Shown piece by piece: positions 27,430-32,124 of a stretch of 32,124 nt of DNA (position 1 is its first letter; every line of letters starts with the position of its first letter). Position numbers and translations under genes: made by a program. The notes under the pieces were generated by a model. The model saw nothing but the letters and a program-made list of their open reading frames with translations. It had not been told where the DNA came from and made no database searches. Source of the stretch: Nanobdellati archaeon (GTDB lineage Archaea > EX4484-52 > WAPT01); contig WAPT01000002.1 in the NCBI GenBank assembly GCA_015520605.1, positions 1 to 32,124 of the forward strand. The letters run 5' to 3'.

Positions 27430-27709
27430 GCGGCAGGGCTAGGCCGGGGAGTTAGCCCCTCCCTGTAACCGCAAATGGGCTCATGGCGGGGCCGAAAACC
27501 GGGGGGCGGGCGAGTTGCGCTCCTCCGGCAGCTTGCTGCTGAACAATGACTCTCTGCCCTCCGAGGCGGTTGCAGGGGTGAACCGGGTCAGGCCCGGAAG
27601 GGAGCAGCCCTAAGCCTCTGCATCCGTGCTCGGAGATCAGCGGAGGGGAGGTAGGCGGCATCCTTGTCGGAGGAGAAGGCATCGCTCCACTCCCGGGAAG
27701 CCCTGCCGC
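27430..27709 (+). ncRNA. ffs: Archaeal SRP (7S) RNA
   Basis: Terminal helix GCGGCAGGGCT/AGCCCTGCCGC, Alu domain with UGUAA motif, helix 8 GGGTCAGGCCCGGAAGGGAGCAGCCC (27585-27610), TATA TTTAAAA about 23 nt upstream. Confidence 0.95.
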
Positions 27710-27748
27710 GTAATTATGGATGTTTTTGTTTATCGGAGGAAGATAGCG

Positions 27749-28621
27749 ATGCCGAAGAGGAAGGGTAAAAACGTGGACAGAACTGCGGCTCCGTGGGGAA
27801 GGCAGATAGGATTCGTACTGTTTCTTATCCTAATTTCCTTTCTGATCGGAGTCATTGCTGGCATGGAAGGTTATCTTGCAAAGCTCGTTCTGAACATAGG
27901 AAAAGTCCAAAACGCCAGAACGTACGGCACGCACACCGGTGCGGTCTACGGATCTTTGTTTGAGGGAAAAAAGGAGTTGACCAGCAACGGCACGGCATCC
28001 ATAATCATTCCTGCGGTGATGGCGAACGACACCGGTGTGTATGCGGTTGTGCACGTTAGGGCTGTGAAGGGAAAGGGCAGAATTTACGTAAGAATCGGTA
28101 AGGTGCTGGTCAACGATGACACCCAGCAGTCCATAAGAAAGGCTGCACTTGTGGCGGCAAAGCTTGCGGACATAAACTTAAGCAAAGTGGATCTCTACTA
28201 CGATATTGAAGCTCCCGCAACGGAGCTCGAGGGTGGGAGCGGTGGTGCTTCCATAGCTGTTGCAACGTATGCGGCGCTCACCGGCAGGAAACTCAGGGAC
28301 GATGTCATGATGACAGGGAGCATAAATCATGATGGCACGATCGGGGCAGCGAGCAAGATAGCGGAAAAAGCGAAGGTTGCGGACAGTCTTCACATGAAGT
28401 ATTTTCTCGTGCCTAGGGGTTTAAAACAGCTTTACGATTACAAGGAAAGGGAGTTCTGTTACGAATGGCAAAAAGGCGTCAGGTTCTGCGATGTGGAATA
28501 TGTACCCGTAAAAACCGCACTCTGGAACCTGAGCGTGAAGGTCGTGGAAGTTGGCACGATTCAGGAAGCTTTAAGGTACTTTCTGGAGGACAATGAAAGC
28601 GAATTAACGGTGAACGGGTAA
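27749..28621 (+). CDS. Membrane-anchored S16 (Lon proteolytic-domain-like) serine protease without AAA domain
   Basis: N-terminal TM helix, 'DTQQS', 'EGGSGG', 'MMTGSINHDGTIG', 'KIAEKA' consistent with a Ser-Lys dyad. The upstream ORF extension overlaps SRP RNA and is discarded. Confidence 0.82.
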   Translation: MPKRKGKNVDRTAAPWGRQIGFVLFLILISFLIGVIAGMEGYLAKLVLNIGKVQNARTYGTHTGAVYGSLFEGKKELTSNGTASIIIPAVMANDTGVYAVVHVRAVKGKGRIYVRIGKVLVNDDTQQSIRKAALVAAKLADINLSKVDLYYDIEAPATELEGGSGGASIAVATYAALTGRKLRDDVMMTGSINHDGTIGAASKIAEKAKVADSLHMKYFLVPRGLKQLYDYKEREFCYEWQKGVRFCDVEYVPVKTALWNLSVKVVEVGTIQEALRYFLEDNESELTVNG

Positions 28622-28753
28622 AACTTGATCACGACGTCTACGATTTCTGCGGGGAAGATCATCGGAAAATTTCTTATTTATCCGTCAAGTGACGGGAGAG
28701 ACAAAAGATCCGTGAGATTCGTGTTGTACTGCTCGGGTTATCAAACTATGGTG

Positions 28754-28866
28754 TGGCGCCGCGGGCCGGATTTTCAGCAGGGTAAGGATTTCTGCATTTG
28801 AACCGGCGTGCCCTTGCGGGCAGTGGCTCTCGAGGCCACCGCACTACCAGGCTATGCGACCGCGGC
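28754..28866 (-). tRNA. tRNA-Ser(CGA) with 26-nt BHB intron at 59/60 (28771-28796)
   Basis: GCCGCGG acceptor, G73-CCA, anticodon arm GTGGC-CTCGAGA-GCCAC, long variable arm TGCCC-GCAA-GGGCA. The T loop is interrupted as TTCA-AA|T-GCAG...CTGC-TGAA-AA|T. Confidence 0.93.
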
Positions 28867-28992
28867 GCTTCAAAATTGGGCAGTACCGGACAATGTCGGG
28901 CTGATTTCTCCTGACTCCCTATACCACCCACTCTCAAGAAGTACGTATGCGGACTGTATTTTAAAAATTTTTTAATTATTTTTTATAGACAT

Positions 28993-29442
28993 TCACTCTT
29001 CAATTTTCTTCTGGAACTCGAGGATCTGATGCTTGAGCTTTATCAGTATATCCGTGGTTCTCGTGAGCGACTCCTTAAGCTTTTCCTTCTCCTTTTCGAG
29101 CTCCCTTATTTCTTCCTGAAGCGTTGATTTCTCCGCCGTGAGCTTTGCAAGCTCGTCCTTGAGACTCTTGATCTCAATCTCCATCTGTTCCTTCTCCTTG
29201 GTAAGCTCACCGACCTTCTTCGTAAGCTCCTCCCTCGCCTTCTCCAGATCATCAACCTCCAGCTTGAGCTGTTGCTCCTCCGTCAGCAGCTCTTTCAGCT
29301 TCTTTTCAAGGCGCTTTTTTTCTTCCTTTATTTTCATTGCCTCTTCTATACTCTTCTCAAGCACCTCGAGAATGTTCACCAGTTCCTTTTCATATTCCGG
29401 AGGGATCACAGCCCCTTCAGTACTCGCTCTCTGCTCCGACAT
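28993..29442 (-). CDS. Coiled-coil hypothetical protein
   Basis: Continuous E/K/L heptads over about 125 aa; GGTGG SD upstream. Confidence 0.8.
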   Translation of the reverse strand: MSEQRASTEGAVIPPEYEKELVNILEVLEKSIEEAMKIKEEKKRLEKKLKELLTEEQQLKLEVDDLEKAREELTKKVGELTKEKEQMEIEIKSLKDELAKLTAEKSTLQEEIRELEKEKEKLKESLTRTTDILIKLKHQILEFQKKIEE

Positions 29443-29500
29443 ATAACCACCCCTAACTCTGTTGCTTTTACGAACCTCAAACCAAGTTTAGTTAACCCAC

Positions 29501-29524
29501 TATATAAATATTTTATTTTATATA
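29501..29524. promoter_or_regulatory. Back-to-back divergent TATA boxes
   Basis: TATATAAA (29501-29508) and TTTATATA (29517-29524) lie between the divergent coiled-coil and VWA genes. Confidence 0.5.
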
Positions 29525-29612
29525 CGCTACATGTTCCGTCTGCGTTACACACCCTTTCTCCAAGCTCGGATTTTCAAAACAATTAAATACGACTTAACAC
29601 ATTTTTAGGAAT

Positions 29613-30602
29613 ATGGAAATTCATTATACATATGAGAACCTTAATTGGATAATCCTTACTGCGGGAATAGTTGTGATACTCCATTTTTTCGTACTCAAAA
29701 AAAGCAGGGAACGTGCCATCCTTTTCGCCAATTATGAAACCCTAAAAAAGGTCACCGGCGGTGATCCTGTCCACAGGAACCTTATTCCCCTCATTCTCAG
29801 GGTTCTCGCCGTGACGTGCCTTCTCCTTGCGATATCCAATCTCAAAATAATCGTGGTCAAACCGGTTTCGGATGTCGATTTTGTTATTGCGATTGACACA
29901 TCCCCCACCATGCTCAGCTCGGACAACGGCAGCTTCGTGCCAAGTAGACTGGAGGTTGCAAAACTTTCAGCAATACGGATAGTTGATGTTCTTCCGCCAG
30001 AGACCAAAGTGGGCGTTGTTTCCTTTTCCGGCAATGCGAAGATGCTCGCACCCCTAACCTCGAACAAAAAACTGGTCAAAGCGGCCCTAAAAAATATCAC
30101 GCTCGGTGAGGAAGCCGGTACCGCTATAGGAGATGCCGTGGTGCTCTCAACGATGATGCTCATGAATTCTTCCAAAGAGAAAAAGGTCGTGGTGCTTATA
30201 ACTGATGGTCGTTCAAATAAGGGTGTGAGCGTCAATGAATCGGCAAAGTTCGCCAGAGATCATAGCGTGAGGATAAATGCAATAGGTGTCGGGCCGAAAA
30301 ACATAACGCTCCCCTTTAACCTGAGCGAGTTTAACCTCACAAAAATGGTCGGGAATTCGAATATCACCATTTATACCGGAGACGCTCTGGATGAGAAATC
30401 TTTGATCTTCCTTACTAATTATACTGGAGGTAAATACTTCTATGTCCACAACGCCACGGAGATGCTTGAGGCATTCAAACAATCGGTGCTGAAGGCAAAT
30501 TCCGTGGAGATAAACGTCAGGAAGTGGGCGATAATAGCGGGTGTGTTTCTCCTTCTGATCGAGTGGGCGCTCGGGGCAACCAAGTACAAAACTCTACCGT
30601 GA
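29613..30602 (+). CDS. BatA-like VWA domain membrane protein
   Basis: Two N-terminal TMs ('ILHFF', 'LILRVLAV'), MIDAS-like 'IAIDTSPTM', 'TAIGDAV', 'VLITDG', 'TGGKYF', C-terminal TM with 'LLIEW'. Confidence 0.9.
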   Translation: MEIHYTYENLNWIILTAGIVVILHFFVLKKSRERAILFANYETLKKVTGGDPVHRNLIPLILRVLAVTCLLLAISNLKIIVVKPVSDVDFVIAIDTSPTMLSSDNGSFVPSRLEVAKLSAIRIVDVLPPETKVGVVSFSGNAKMLAPLTSNKKLVKAALKNITLGEEAGTAIGDAVVLSTMMLMNSSKEKKVVVLITDGRSNKGVSVNESAKFARDHSVRINAIGVGPKNITLPFNLSEFNLTKMVGNSNITIYTGDALDEKSLIFLTNYTGGKYFYVHNATEMLEAFKQSVLKANSVEINVRKWAIIAGVFLLLIEWALGATKYKTLP

Positions 30603-30632
30603 TCGGGAGTAGTGCAAAAAGTTATAAGTCAC

Positions 30633-31613
30633 CTACAAACCCCTGCCTGCAGCCCATATGTCCAGCCAGTGTACGATGGGTTTTACAAAAGGTTCATCGG
30701 TTATGTACTTTATTAAGGTCACTCCTGCCTTGTGGAACCCGTCCTCGACCATTTTGATCTCTTCAAGCGCTTTCCTCTTGTATTCATCGGCATACTTATC
30801 GACGTCCACCTCCATAACTCTACCTGTTATTGGATCCTTGAATCTGTAGTAGCCGGCACCCTTGGGAAGTTCTATGTCTCTCCTGTCTCTTATCATGATC
30901 CCGAGCACCCCCTCAAATTTTGATGCTGCGAGTTTGAGCTTATCCCACCACCCGTTTTCAACATTTATAAAATCCGATATGATGAAGAGCATCGTCTCGC
31001 CCCTCAACAGCTTTACCGCGAAGTCAAGCGCCGCGGAGAAATCCTTCTTTCCACACCAGTTGTTCCTATCGACAAGAGCCGCGAGAATTTCGTAATACTG
31101 AGAACTCTCTTTGGTTGGAGGAATAAAAACATTTATCCTATCTGAAAACATGATGAGTCCCGCGTTGTCGTTACTCTCGAGGGCAGCATATGCTACAGCT
31201 CCCGCTATGAGTGATGCGTACTCACACTTCAGTTTTTTCCCAGTACCAAATAGCATTGTTGGTGATGCGTCGAGTAAGACCATAACGTCTAGGTCTCTCT
31301 CCTCTTCGAAAACCTTTACATAAAGCTTTGATATTTCCCTGCTGGGGTTGCTTCTGAGAGTCGCCTTCCAGTCGATCATGAACGCATCATCCCCCTCCTC
31401 GTATTGCCTTAGACCGTAAAATTCGAGTCCCTTACCCCTAAATATCATCTTGTATTTGAGAACAAGACGGAAAATGTCCGCAAGCTTTTTTACCTCTATA
31501 TCAATTTCGGTCATAAGTTTTTTTATTTCCTTCGAGATACCCTTTCTCTGTTTAGCTTTTTTCAGCTCGTCCTCGATTACTCCCCTTTCTTTGTGAAATA
31601 ACCACACTCCCAT
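30633..31613 (-). CDS. DUF58 domain protein
   Basis: 'FRGKGLEFYGLRQYEEGDD..MIDWKAT', 'VKVFEEER', 'LDASPTM.FG', 'IISDF'. Confidence 0.9.
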   Translation of the reverse strand: MGVWLFHKERGVIEDELKKAKQRKGISKEIKKLMTEIDIEVKKLADIFRLVLKYKMIFRGKGLEFYGLRQYEEGDDAFMIDWKATLRSNPSREISKLYVKVFEEERDLDVMVLLDASPTMLFGTGKKLKCEYASLIAGAVAYAALESNDNAGLIMFSDRINVFIPPTKESSQYYEILAALVDRNNWCGKKDFSAALDFAVKLLRGETMLFIISDFINVENGWWDKLKLAASKFEGVLGIMIRDRRDIELPKGAGYYRFKDPITGRVMEVDVDKYADEYKRKALEEIKMVEDGFHKAGVTLIKYITDEPFVKPIVHWLDIWAAGRGL

Positions 31614-32124
31614 AATAAACACTAATGACTCGTGTGCATATAAATGTTAAGAAGGAGGTTATACAATCCCGTTAAATCCCACAATTTCGATCCGATCGCA
31701 TTTATTATCCGTATGAACTCGTACAGGGCGCTGATATCCGTGTTGAACCACCCCCGCGCCCCCGTCATAAACTCCTTTCATCGAACAATTCAACACCGAC
31801 CTCCGATCGATACCTGATTTAAATAACATTCCGATAATAAAATGCCGTTACAAGCTTTCTATCTTCGCGTCTTAGTAGGAGGCATGTCGTGTCGAATCTC
31901 CGCAGGAAGGTGTCTCACCTGAACTTGCACCTCGTGGTGTTTTCTTTCCTTGTCTGAATGACTCCCGTATAGAGAGACCGTTCGGATAAGCATCACCTCA
32001 TTTAACAACATTCCAGTAAAACAACATGTGCTTGCACCACAAGGAAAGCAAATACACGACGCGTTTAAACCATAGACCCTCATCCAGCAGTAGCAGTTTA
32101 ATCTTCTTCCTAAAATTAACACAT

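Noticed and set aside
27452-27748. ORF 27452-27682 (-) and the N-terminal extension of ORF 27626-28621
   Set aside because: They overlap the GC-rich SRP RNA and are shadow frames.
17051-28900. Integrated element bounded by tRNA att repeats
   Set aside because: No duplicated tRNA 3' end and no integrase found by eye.
17668-28937. Short ORFs over tRNA genes (17668-17850, 17765-17992, 21272-21475, 28746-28937)
   Set aside because: Explained by the tRNA sequences.
1-32124. CRISPR array or rRNA
   Set aside because: No regularly spaced repeats or rRNA-like segments seen.

Overview
Archaeal chromosomal segment with compact gene packing, BRE/TATA promoters and many apparently leaderless starts. 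The gene content looks DPANN-like and probably thermophilic, but that is inference. Left to right it holds: a partial GNAT, MFS transporter, EMC6-like protein, aspS, the eS19-PDCD5-eL39-eL31-aIF6 operon, a wHTH regulator divergent from hsp20-cdc48, rfcL, and a six-gene type IV pilus-like operon (ATPase, two platform proteins, three class III signal-peptide proteins). Next come a decayed IS5-like transposase abutting tRNA-Gly(CCC), a GNAT split by an in-frame TGA, a nucleotidyltransferase with a hydrophobic tail, a KaiC-like ATPase, tRNA-Ala(GGC) with two BHB introns, a PyrK-PyrD fusion plus pyrC, MC1, Nre and a second MFS. The window ends with SRP RNA, an S16 protease, tRNA-Ser(CGA) with a T-loop intron, a coiled-coil protein, a BatA/VWA protein and DUF58. 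The most unexpected signals are at the RNA level. Several 3' UTRs are long reverse complements of their own gene's 3' coding end: a perfect 20 bp stem for MC1, 17+10 bp for the wHTH regulator, and an imperfect stem for hsp20. The SRP RNA appears to lack helix 6. Two different tRNAs carry introns at the same non-canonical 59/60 site. The tRNA-Gly has C instead of the near-invariant U33.
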